From the NCBI GenBank assembly GCA_041690395.1, contig JAWLHJ010000004.1, positions 433,365 to 497,364 of the forward strand: 64,000 bases of DNA, given 5' to 3'. Shown here one piece after another: positions 55,854 through 64,000 of this stretch. Every line of letters starts with the position of its first letter. The stretch's first letter is position 1. Below the pieces are notes generated by a model. It was not told the DNA's origin, searched no databases, and saw nothing but the letters and a program-made list of their open reading frames with translations. The stretch is from Longimicrobiales bacterium. GTDB lineage: Bacteria; Gemmatimonadota; Gemmatimonadetes; Longimicrobiales; Gaopeijiaceae. The translations under genes and the position numbers were made by a program.

Positions 55854-57929
55854 TCAGTCGGAGGCGGCGGGCGGGGCGTCAAGGGGCTCGCGCGGCGCCT
55901 CGGGCGGGACCTCGTCCGCTACGGCCAGCGGAGGCATCGGCACGTCGAGCGCCTCCGCGACGGCCCGGAGCAGCTCGAGCTCCTCGACGGTCACGGCACG
56001 GTCGGCGCGCACGGTCCGCTCGAGCGCCCCGAGGAGGACGCGCCGATCCTTCGGCGGCAGCGTCTCCAGCCTGGTCAGGGCCTCGTCCACGCGCTCGAGA
56101 TCGAGCCCGGCCATCGGTTGCAGCGCCAGCGCGCCCGCCGCGCCCGAGCCGAAGCTCGCCGCCCCGGCCCGGAACGCGGCCTCGGCGCCCTCCTGCTCAC
56201 GGGCGCCCGCCCACGCGAGCGCCGACAGGAGGGTTTCCGCCTCCCCTCTCCGGCGTCCCAACCCCGGTCCCACCCTCGAGCTGCTGGCCGGGTCGGGGCC
56301 TCCCGGAAGCGCTCGCCGGAGCAGATGGAAGAGCGCGAAATCGAAGACGTGGACCTCGCCGTCCGCCCGGCTCAGCGGGCCGACGGCGGCGCGGAGGGCG
56401 TCGGCGCGCCCCTCGTCCAGCGACCGGAGCGCAGGTAGGCACAGCTCCAGGAGCGGAAGACGCGCCGCCGGTCCCGCCCCCGCGAGCGGCGCCCGGAGCT
56501 CCGCAGCGCGGCTCAACGTCTCCGCTCCGAGCAGCCGCTCGACGATCTCGTCCTGACGGGCCCGAAGAGGTCCGCCCTCGGCGAGGAGGAGCGCCGCCAC
56601 CACGGCGACGGCCCCTTCCGGCTCGCGCGTGGCCGCTCGGACGCCGTCCGGTATCGATTCGAGGATGGACCGGGCGTGGGCGAGGTGGCCGGCCTCGAGG
56701 GTCCCGGCGGCCAGGACCGCGCCCGCGAGCATCTCGCTGCCTCCTCGCGATCCCCCCGGGAACCCGGGAACCGGAAACGGCAGCGGAAAGGGCATCCCCT
56801 CCCCTTTCGACCCCTTCGGTACACCCGGGCCACCGCCCGCTCCGCGCGCTTTGGCCGCGTCGCGCTCCTCGCTCCGAAGTCGCGCCATGTTCACCGGCTC
56901 CGGCTCGATGAACGTGCCGTCCCAGCTGGGGTCCACCCGTTTGATCCGCACGTCGAGCGGCGGGTGCGTCGCCATGGTGCGCGAGAAGGCGCTCCGGACC
57001 CCTTCCGAGAAGAAGAGGTGGCCGGCTTCCTGCGCGTGATGGTTCTCCAGCTTCGATCCGGCGGCCCCACCGCCGATCTTGCGGAGCGCGCCCGAGATGC
57101 CGAGTGGATTGCGCGTGAACTGCACCGCCGCGGCGTCCGCCAGGAACTCACGCTGGCGGGACACGGCCGCCTGGATCAGCCGGCCGAAGAAGACGCCCAG
57201 ATATCCGAGGATGATGAGGGCGATGCCGACCAGCACGATCTGACCGCCGCCCCCGTCCTTGCCGCCCCGGCTCCGCCGTCCCGCGCCGGAGTAGTACCCG
57301 CCCCGCAGGATCCCCCGACCGATCACGGTCAGCAGCAGGATCCCGAACAGCACGCCCATCAGGCGCACATTGAGGCGCATGTCGCCGTTCAGGATGTGGC
57401 TGAACTCGTGCGCCATCACCCCCTGCAGCTCGTCCCGCGACAGCGTCTCCAACCCGCCGCGGGTGATCGCGACCGCCGCGTCGTGGATCGTGTGGCCCGC
57501 GGCGAACGCGTTGATACCCTGCTCGCCGTCGAGCACGTACACGGCCGGCACCGGGATGCCCGAAGCGATCGCCATCTCCTCGACGACGTTCAACAGGCGG
57601 CGCTCCAGCGGGTCCGTCGAGCCAGGATCGACCCGGCGGCCACCGAGGAGCTCGGCCACGGCCGGGCCGCCCCTGCGGAGCTGCGCCGTCCTGAACGCCG
57701 AGCCCCCGCCGATGACGAGGAGCATGCCGACCGCGACGATGGCGAACAACGTCGGGTCGAACAGGCTGATCGGGCCGGGCTCGACGCCCTGTTCGGGCGT
57801 GGAGAGCTGCAGTGCGACGGCCAGCGTCAGGTACACGCCCACGATGATGAGCGTCACGGCCAACCCGTAGAGCAGGACGAGTCGCCGCGAGAGGCTCCTC
57901 GCCCTGCCCTGGGCTTCGAAGAAATCCAT
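55854..57929 (-). CDS. M48 family (HtpX-like) metalloprotease
   Basis: MDFFEAQ, NVVEEMAIASG, INAFAAG, AHEFSH, SRQREFLADA, THPP. Confidence 0.92.
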   Translation of the reverse strand: MDFFEAQGRARSLSRRLVLLYGLAVTLIIVGVYLTLAVALQLSTPEQGVEPGPISLFDPTLFAIVAVGMLLVIGGGSAFRTAQLRRGGPAVAELLGGRRVDPGSTDPLERRLLNVVEEMAIASGIPVPAVYVLDGEQGINAFAAGHTIHDAAVAITRGGLETLSRDELQGVMAHEFSHILNGDMRLNVRLMGVLFGILLLTVIGRGILRGGYYSGAGRRSRGGKDGGGGQIVLVGIALIILGYLGVFFGRLIQAAVSRQREFLADAAAVQFTRNPLGISGALRKIGGGAAGSKLENHHAQEAGHLFFSEGVRSAFSRTMATHPPLDVRIKRVDPSWDGTFIEPEPVNMARLRSEERDAAKARGAGGGPGVPKGSKGEGMPFPLPFPVPGFPGGSRGGSEMLAGAVLAAGTLEAGHLAHARSILESIPDGVRAATREPEGAVAVVAALLLAEGGPLRARQDEIVERLLGAETLSRAAELRAPLAGAGPAARLPLLELCLPALRSLDEGRADALRAAVGPLSRADGEVHVFDFALFHLLRRALPGGPDPASSSRVGPGLGRRRGEAETLLSALAWAGAREQEGAEAAFRAGAASFGSGAAGALALQPMAGLDLERVDEALTRLETLPPKDRRVLLGALERTVRADRAVTVEELELLRAVAEALDVPMPPLAVADEVPPEAPREPLDAPPAASD

Positions 57930-57967
57930 CGCTCAACCCGGCCCGGTCGGACGTTCCGTGGGCCGGC

Positions 57968-58555
57968 TCAGCCGAAGGAGACCCGGGGCGTCTCGCGCTC
58001 CTCGTCCCGGTCGATCTCGAAGAACTCCGCTTCCTCGAAGCGGAACGAGTTCGCGATGATGTTGGTCGGGACGGTCTGACGCGCGGTGTTGTAGGTCATG
58101 ACCGCATCGTTGAACGACTGCCGTGCGAACGCGATGCGGTTCTCCGTCGACGCCAACTCCTCCTGGAGCTGCATCATGTTCTGGTTGGCCTTCAGGTCCG
58201 GGTACGCCTCGGACAGCGCGAAGAGTCGCGAGAGGGCACCACCCAGCTGCTGCTCCGCGCCCGCCAGCTTCTGCATAGCCTCCGGGTCGCCGGGGTTGCG
58301 AGACGCGACCTGCTCCACCTTCTGCGCCTCGTTCCGGGCGCGGATCACGGCCTCGAGCGTCTCCTTCTCGTGGCTCATGTACCCCTTCGCCGTCTCGACC
58401 AGGTTGGGGATGAGGTCGTAGCGGCGCTTCAGCTGCACGTCGATCTGCGCGAACGCGTTCTTGAAGCGTTCCCGCAACGCGACCAGCCGGTTGTAGGCCA
58501 TGATGCCGTAGCCGACGACGGCCACGATGATGATCAGGGGAATCCAGAGTCCCAC
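57968..58555 (-). CDS. lemA: LemA family protein
   Basis: YNRLV, IDVQLKRRYDLIPNLV, EAYPDLKAN; GTG start after GGGAGGGA. Confidence 0.95.
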   Translation of the reverse strand: MGLWIPLIIIVAVVGYGIMAYNRLVALRERFKNAFAQIDVQLKRRYDLIPNLVETAKGYMSHEKETLEAVIRARNEAQKVEQVASRNPGDPEAMQKLAGAEQQLGGALSRLFALSEAYPDLKANQNMMQLQEELASTENRIAFARQSFNDAVMTYNTARQTVPTNIIANSFRFEEAEFFEIDRDEERETPRVSFG

Positions 58556-58835
58556 GGGTCCCTCCCTGCCGGTGGTATGCGATGCGAGCGTGCTTCCGGA
58601 CCGGCGCGTCCCTTCGGGTGGCCGATCGTTGCTCCATACGAGATGCACGTCGTGAATCTTCACGTGCGGCCCTGTGGGCACCAGGGTGGCCCCATGTCCC
58701 GAGGCACCTGTTCCGTGTCCCGGTCCGGCTGTCCCTGTCCGCACGGCGGGCGGCCGGTACATTGCGTTGGCCGCTGAGCCGGCACCGGCCGGCGGTGCAC
58801 GGCCGGCTATCCTCCTCGGAGATCTGACAGCGCCC

Positions 58836-60431
58836 ATGCACGACACCCCGTCGGCCGCCACATCACCGGGCAGGCCCGAGATCCCGGCACGGATGCTCAT
58901 CGCGGTCTGGCTCGTCGCAGCCGTCCTCCGGCTCCTGCACAACCAGGCCATGCTGGCCGACCCGCTCTACTTCAACCCCCTGGGCGGCAACCTGCCGTAC
59001 CTGCTCGCCGCCGAGGCGATCTCGGGCGGGGACCTGGTTCCGTTCGCCGGACCGATCTCGCTGAACAGCCCGCTCTACCCGTATCTGCTGGCCGGGCTCT
59101 ACGAGCTGCTGGGAACCAACGCCTTCTACGGCGTCCGGGTCGCGACCGGACTGCTCGACGCGGGAACGTGCGCGCTGGTCGCGGTCCTGGCCTGGCGCCA
59201 CTTCGGTGCCGTCGCGGGCTGGGCGGGGGGGATGGCGCTGGCGCTCTACGGCCCGCTGATCTTCTTCGCCGCGGACCTCAACCCGGTGCCGTTCACCCTC
59301 TTCTTCCTCACGTCGGCCGTGCTCGTCCTCGACCGTGCGGACCGTCCGCGAGGATACCTCGCGGCGGGCCTCCTCTTCGGGCTGACCGCGGCCACCCGGC
59401 CCAACGTACTGCTGGCGGGGCTCGCGGCTCTCCTGGTTCCCTGGGTGCGCCGGCAGCCGAAGCCCGCCGCCGCGACGATCGCGCTCGCGGTCGGGCTCGG
59501 ACTCGGCGTGGCGCCGGTCACGACCCTGAACGTCGTGGCCTCCGGCGAGCCCGTGCTGCTCACGACCGGCGCGGGCCACAACTTCTACATCGGCCACAAC
59601 CCGGAGGCCGAGGCCCAGTATGCACTCCCGGCGAGCCTCGACGGGGACATCTTCGAGAGCATGAAGGCGCTCGCGGAAGACGTGGAAGGCCGAGCCTTCG
59701 ACGACACCGAGGTCTCGGGATGGTACCTTCGGCGCGCCCTCCGGCACATGGCGGCGAATCCCGGTCGCGAGCTCGAGCTCCTCGGACGCCGTGCGCTCCT
59801 CCTGGCGAACGACTTCGAAGCCACGACGTATGCGAGCTTCGAGTACCAGCGCGCCTACTCCGGCATCCTGAGGTGGTCGCCGACCTTCCTTCTGCTGTTC
59901 GCCCTCGCCGCGCCGGGCATGCTGCGATGCCTCACCCGGGAACGGCTCCACCTGTGGATCCCCTTCCTGACCGCGGCGGCCACGGTGCTGCTGTTCTTCT
60001 ACATCGCCCGGCTGCGGGTCGTCATGGTGCCGTCCCTCGGGGTGTTCGCGGGGGCCGGTGTCGCGACGATCCTGGAACGCGTCCGGACACGCGGCTGGCG
60101 CCGGCTCGCACCCTCCCTGGCCGCGGCGGTCGTGGCTGCCGGCCTGGCCGCGCTTCCGCTGCTGCGATCGGACACCTCGAACGAGTGGAACAAGGCGGGA
60201 GGCGTCCTGCGGATGGCCGGCGAGATGGACCGGGCCGAAGCCGCGTTCGAGCGGGCCGGGCAGGAAAACCCGTCGAACCCGAACGTGTGGCTGAATCTGG
60301 CGTCCCTGTACGAGGCGACCGGTCGGGCGCAGGCAGCCGACACCGCCCGCACCCGTGCCGAGGCGCTGCTCGACCGCGGGGGAGCGGACACGGACGACTA
60401 CCGGAGGGCACTGGAGGCGGGCCCGCCCTGA
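58836..60431 (+). CDS. GT-C (ArnT/PMT-like, GT39) glycosyltransferase with C-terminal TPR
   Basis: PLYPYLLA, multiple TM helices, RPN, NFYIGHNP, ARLR, TPR tail. Confidence 0.8.
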   Translation: MHDTPSAATSPGRPEIPARMLIAVWLVAAVLRLLHNQAMLADPLYFNPLGGNLPYLLAAEAISGGDLVPFAGPISLNSPLYPYLLAGLYELLGTNAFYGVRVATGLLDAGTCALVAVLAWRHFGAVAGWAGGMALALYGPLIFFAADLNPVPFTLFFLTSAVLVLDRADRPRGYLAAGLLFGLTAATRPNVLLAGLAALLVPWVRRQPKPAAATIALAVGLGLGVAPVTTLNVVASGEPVLLTTGAGHNFYIGHNPEAEAQYALPASLDGDIFESMKALAEDVEGRAFDDTEVSGWYLRRALRHMAANPGRELELLGRRALLLANDFEATTYASFEYQRAYSGILRWSPTFLLLFALAAPGMLRCLTRERLHLWIPFLTAAATVLLFFYIARLRVVMVPSLGVFAGAGVATILERVRTRGWRRLAPSLAAAVVAAGLAALPLLRSDTSNEWNKAGGVLRMAGEMDRAEAAFERAGQENPSNPNVWLNLASLYEATGRAQAADTARTRAEALLDRGGADTDDYRRALEAGPP

Positions 60432-60587
60432 CCGTGGCGCGCAAGCCCGGTCTCGGGCACGTGCCTGCGGCCAGCGGCGGTTCCAGGAGGGGCCGAGCGT
60501 GCATCCGGGGATCAGGAGGGGTGTCCGATGGGGGACCGGAGCGCCAGATTCGTGCCAGTGGAGCCCAGGACCCAACATTGCCGAGGG

Positions 60588-61124
60588 ATGGACATGCTGC
60601 GTATGCCCACCAGCCTGACGCTGGTATTGATCGCCGTTCTGACTGCCTGTGGGCAGGAGACCGATGCTCCTTCCGACGCCGTCGCGGAGCTCGGCGTACA
60701 GAACGTCGCCGCCCCTCTGCCGAACCTCATCACGACCGCCCAGCCGTCTCGTGATCAGGTGGACGGCATGATGGCCATGGGATACCGCAACTTCGTCAGC
60801 CTTCAGCTCGAGGAGGAACCGGGCGCCGGTTGGGAGGAGGAGGGCGTGCCCGGTGCCGGCGGCCGTTTCTCGCGCATTCCCATCGGCGGGCCGGACGATC
60901 TGACGCGCGAGAACGTGGAGAGACTGGCCGCGATTCTGGAAGAGACCGGGACGGACCAGACCGTCCTCTACTGCGCGAGCAGCAACCGGGTCGGCGCGCT
61001 CCTGGCTCTCAAGGCGTTCTGGATGGACGGAGCCGACGCCGAAGAAGCGCTCGCGCTGGGGCGGGCAGCAGGCATGAGGGCGCTGGAGCCGAACGTGCGG
61101 AGCTTGCTGGAAGCGGGTCGGTAG
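60588..61124 (+). CDS. DUF442 / PTP-like sulfurtransferase-phosphatase fold lipoprotein
   Basis: LTAC lipobox, TAQP, LYCASSNRVG (Cx5R); start uncertain. Confidence 0.78.
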   Translation: MDMLRMPTSLTLVLIAVLTACGQETDAPSDAVAELGVQNVAAPLPNLITTAQPSRDQVDGMMAMGYRNFVSLQLEEEPGAGWEEEGVPGAGGRFSRIPIGGPDDLTRENVERLAAILEETGTDQTVLYCASSNRVGALLALKAFWMDGADAEEALALGRAAGMRALEPNVRSLLEAGR

Positions 61125-61133
61125 GACGGCCCA

Positions 61134-62840
61134 TCACGCACTTCCGGCCGCGTCCGGACGCCGGGCCATCTCCGCCGCCCCACGCCCGGCGGTCGCGCCC
61201 ACGGCCTCCAGGGCGCTCTCGAGCGCCATGTGCGACACGCGCTCTCCGAAACGCTCGGGCCAGCCGGCCCGGGCGGTGATGTCACGCACCGGCCCCTTCA
61301 TGGCGGCGATGTGCACCGTCACGCCCTGCGCCCCCATCTCGCCCATGAGCATCTCGAGGGTCTCGACGGCGACCGCGTCCATGTCGTTCACCCCCGAGAA
61401 GTCGAGAATGATGTCGCGGTACTCCGTTTCCTCGACGAGCGCGGTCCGCAAGCTGTTCTCGAGGAAGCCCATGTTCGCGAAGTAGAGCGAGGCGTCGATC
61501 CTCAGGATCAGCGTCCCGGGGTAGGTCTCGACCTCGGGGTAGCGATCGATGTTCCGGAAGACGCGCTCCTTCGGCAGATATCCCAGGCGCGCCGAGTGCG
61601 GATAGGCGCTCCGCCAGATGAAGACCAGGAGCGAAAAGGCGACCCCCACGAGGATCCCGGTCTCGATGCCCAGCACGAGGGTCGCGGCGAAGGTGACGAC
61701 GAGGGTCCAACCGTCGATCGTCTTCAGCCTGAACAGGTGCCGGGCCTCCCGCACTTCGATGAGTCCGTAGACCGCGACGATCACGACGGCGGCGAGCACG
61801 GCTCTCGGCAGGAACTGGAACAAGGACGTGAACGCCAGCACCGTCAGCAGGATGAGACCGGCGGTGATGATGCTCGCCAGCCCCGTCCGCGCTCCGGCCT
61901 GGTAGTTCACCGCGGATCGCGAGAAGCCACCCGTGACGGGATATCCCGAGAAGACGCCCGCAGCCAGGTTGGCCAGGCCGAGCCCCCTGAGCTCCTGGTT
62001 CGCGTCGATCCTGTACTTCTCCCTCGTGGCGATGGACTTCGCCACCGCGAAGGATTCCATGAATCCCACGAAGGAGACGGCCAGAGCCGTGGTCAGGAGC
62101 GCCGAAAGGACGCCGATGTCCATGCTGGGCAGGGACGGCGCCGGGAGCCCGCCGGGCACGGCGCCCACGATGGCGACGCCTCGCTCGTGGAGCCCGAGGC
62201 CCCACGTCGCCACGGTGGCCAGAGCCACGACGCCCAGGGCCCCAGGCAGCCGCGGCGCCCACATCTTCGCCGCCACCAGCACAGCGATGCTCGCCACGCC
62301 GATGAGCAGGGTGTACGCATTCACCTCATCCAGCCGGGTCAGGGCCTCCCAGACCAGTCCGAAAACCGAGTGTCCGGACCGGAGATCCACACCGAGCAGC
62401 GTCTCGAGCTGGCTCAACCCGATGATGATGGCCGCCGCCGACGTGAACCCGCTGATCACGGCGTGGGACAGGAAGTTGACCACGAACCCCGCTTTCACGA
62501 GCCCGAGGAGGAGCTGGATCACCCCGGACATGAGCGCCAACACCGCCGCGAGGGCGATGAACCGTGCGGACCCCGGCTCCGCGAGCGCCGACACGCCGCT
62601 CAGGGTGAGCAGCGACACGATGGCCACGGGCCCCACCGCGAGCTGCCTGGAGGACCCGAACAGCGCATAGACGATGAGCGGCACCGTCGACGCGTACAGC
62701 CCGACCACGGGGGGCAGGCCCGCCAGCATCGCGTACGCCATCCCCTGAGGGATCAGCATGACCGCGACCGTCAGGCCGGCGGCCAGATCACCGGACAGAT
62801 CCTGCCGTCGGTAGCCCTTCAGCCCGTTCAGGTTGCTCAT
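61134..62840 (-). CDS. SulP family anion transporter with STAS domain
   Basis: DLAAGLTV..MLIPQGMAYA, GSSRQLAVGP, GGFSRS, LYFAN STAS domain. Confidence 0.95.
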   Translation of the reverse strand: MSNLNGLKGYRRQDLSGDLAAGLTVAVMLIPQGMAYAMLAGLPPVVGLYASTVPLIVYALFGSSRQLAVGPVAIVSLLTLSGVSALAEPGSARFIALAAVLALMSGVIQLLLGLVKAGFVVNFLSHAVISGFTSAAAIIIGLSQLETLLGVDLRSGHSVFGLVWEALTRLDEVNAYTLLIGVASIAVLVAAKMWAPRLPGALGVVALATVATWGLGLHERGVAIVGAVPGGLPAPSLPSMDIGVLSALLTTALAVSFVGFMESFAVAKSIATREKYRIDANQELRGLGLANLAAGVFSGYPVTGGFSRSAVNYQAGARTGLASIITAGLILLTVLAFTSLFQFLPRAVLAAVVIVAVYGLIEVREARHLFRLKTIDGWTLVVTFAATLVLGIETGILVGVAFSLLVFIWRSAYPHSARLGYLPKERVFRNIDRYPEVETYPGTLILRIDASLYFANMGFLENSLRTALVEETEYRDIILDFSGVNDMDAVAVETLEMLMGEMGAQGVTVHIAAMKGPVRDITARAGWPERFGERVSHMALESALEAVGATAGRGAAEMARRPDAAGSA

Positions 62841-63000
62841 GCGATGCCCGTATTCCCGATGATGGTTGGCTGACTATCCCGTCATGGAGTGGCCGGGTCA
62901 ATGTCGGTGGCCGACCGGGAGCGCCGTCTCGCGTCGCGGGTATCAGATTCGAGGCGCATCGGCCTGCATCGTTCCACTCCGCCTTCCGACAACGACCATC

Positions 63001-63666
63001 ATGCGTCATGAGATCATGATCCTCCGCCCGCTGCCGCTCCTGGCCGCCCTCGCCCTGGCTGCCTGCGGAGACGCGTCCTCGGACGCCGACGCTGGTGCGG
63101 CCGATGCTGCCGCGACCGAAGCCTCGGCGGTGGCATGGACGCCCAGTCCGGCGGAGATCCAGCGGGCGACCGAGATCGGACAGGAAGCTGCCGGCCGGCT
63201 CGCCTCCACGCTGATGCAGCAGCTCTCGGCGCAGATGGCCGAGGCCGGCCCCGAAGCCGCCATCGAGTTCTGCTCCGACGAGGCGATGGCCCTGACCCAC
63301 GGCGTCAGCACCGCCCTCGGGGATCTCGACGTGAAGCGAACCTCGACGCGGGTGCGCAACCCGGAGAACGCGCCCGACTCACTGGAGCGGGTGGCACTCG
63401 CCCGCTTCGAGGCGGCAAGCGAGGCTGGGGCCCTGCCCGCCAGCTGGGTCCAGACGGTGGGCGACGACGAGCTCCGATACTATCAGCCCCTCGTCGTGAA
63501 CGAGATGTGCACCCAATGCCACGGTCCGGTGGACACCCTCCAGCCCGCGGTGCGCGCGCGACTCGAGGCTCTGTATCCGCGGGACCAGGCCGTCGGATAC
63601 GCGCCGGGTGATTTCCGGGGGCTCATCCGGGTGGCCATCCCGCGAGAGGCTCTGGACGAGGGGTGA
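63001..63666 (+). CDS. DUF3365 (Tll0287-like) c-type heme lipoprotein
   Basis: LAAC lipobox, AIEFC, RNP.NAPD, CTQCHG, GY..GDFRG. Confidence 0.85.
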   Translation: MRHEIMILRPLPLLAALALAACGDASSDADAGAADAAATEASAVAWTPSPAEIQRATEIGQEAAGRLASTLMQQLSAQMAEAGPEAAIEFCSDEAMALTHGVSTALGDLDVKRTSTRVRNPENAPDSLERVALARFEAASEAGALPASWVQTVGDDELRYYQPLVVNEMCTQCHGPVDTLQPAVRARLEALYPRDQAVGYAPGDFRGLIRVAIPREALDEG

Positions 63667-63695
63667 GCGGACGCCGGGGATCACCCCCGGGCACG

Positions 63696-63730
63696 AAAAA
63701 GCCCCTCCCGGACGTACATCCGGGAGGGGC
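63696..63730 (-). terminator. Rho-independent terminator downstream of tRNA-Met
   Basis: 12-bp stem GCCCCTCCCGGA/TCCGGGAGGGGC followed by TTTTT on the minus strand. Confidence 0.85.
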
Positions 63731-63752
63731 GCACCCCTCGAGCGGCAAGGAG

Positions 63753-63826
63753 TGCCGGAGGAGGGACTCGAACCCCCGACACGCGGATTATGATTCCGCT
63801 GCTCTAACCGACTGAGCTACTCCGGC
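63753..63826 (-). tRNA. tRNA-Met(CAT), probably elongator
   Basis: GCCGGAGTAGCTCAGTCGGTTAGAGCAGCGGAATCATAATCCGCGTGTCGGGGGTTCGAGTCCCTCCTCCGGCA; paired 1-72; upstream TTGACA at 63865-63860. Confidence 0.93.
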
Positions 63827-63945
63827 GAAGACGGAAAAGCTCATCCCGAGGGGCAGCGGTGTCAACCGGAATTGAAGGCCCCGGGCGCGGCTCCCGTATG
63901 TTTCCTGGATCGGTCCTCCCTTCCCTACCTCAACGGAGCGTCCCG

Positions 63946-64000
63946 ATGGACTTCGGCACCGTCACCATCCCCATCGTCGCCGCCGGCGCCATCGCGCTGG
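63946..64000 (+). CDS. Start of a membrane protein (MDFGTVTIPIVAAGAIAL...), truncated by the window
   Basis: GGAG RBS, ATG and hydrophobic N-terminus; only 18 codons visible. Confidence 0.5.
   Translation, partial: MDFGTVTIPIVAAGAIAL

Noticed and set aside
8090..62873. Many long Arg/Pro/Gly-rich ORFs (e.g. 12658-14793, 30727-33375, 42340-43923, 49632-51506, 61230-62873)
   Set aside because: They are opposite-strand or off-frame shadows of real genes, expected in high-GC DNA with few stop codons.
63753..63826. tRNA-Ile2 (lysidine) or initiator tRNA
   Set aside because: A paired 1-72 and no GGG/CCC anticodon stem exclude fMet. The sequence resembles elongator Met, though Ile2 cannot be fully excluded without isotype models.

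Overview
This is a high-GC bacterial chromosomal window. Gene content and order suggest Gemmatimonadota/Longimicrobiales (inference). The left edge (1-~7 kb) is accessory: a type I restriction subunit (hsdR) running off the window next to the 3' end of tRNA-Val, a Rox-like FAD monooxygenase preceded by a RAE-like palindrome and bracketed by a 33-bp direct repeat, and small ligand-binding genes. The middle holds secreted hydrolases, a multicopper oxidase, a DUF559 gene with REP-like repeats, a PilB/GspE-like ATPase-REC fusion with a degenerate Walker A, a LuxR/DUF2231/CzcCBA metal-efflux block, and a selenocysteine formate dehydrogenase (in-frame TGA plus SECIS). An unusual operon follows: tandem-AAA+ DnaA-like protein, DUF4388-TPR, peptidase MA-like, sigma54 response regulator. 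The right part is mostly housekeeping (rluD, ileS, divIVA, yggS, tonB-exbD-exbD-exbB, cdaA, ftsH, hpt, tilS, lemA/M48), then a small sulfur-related cluster and tRNA-Met. All protein calls come from motifs recognised by eye; no database searches were run.
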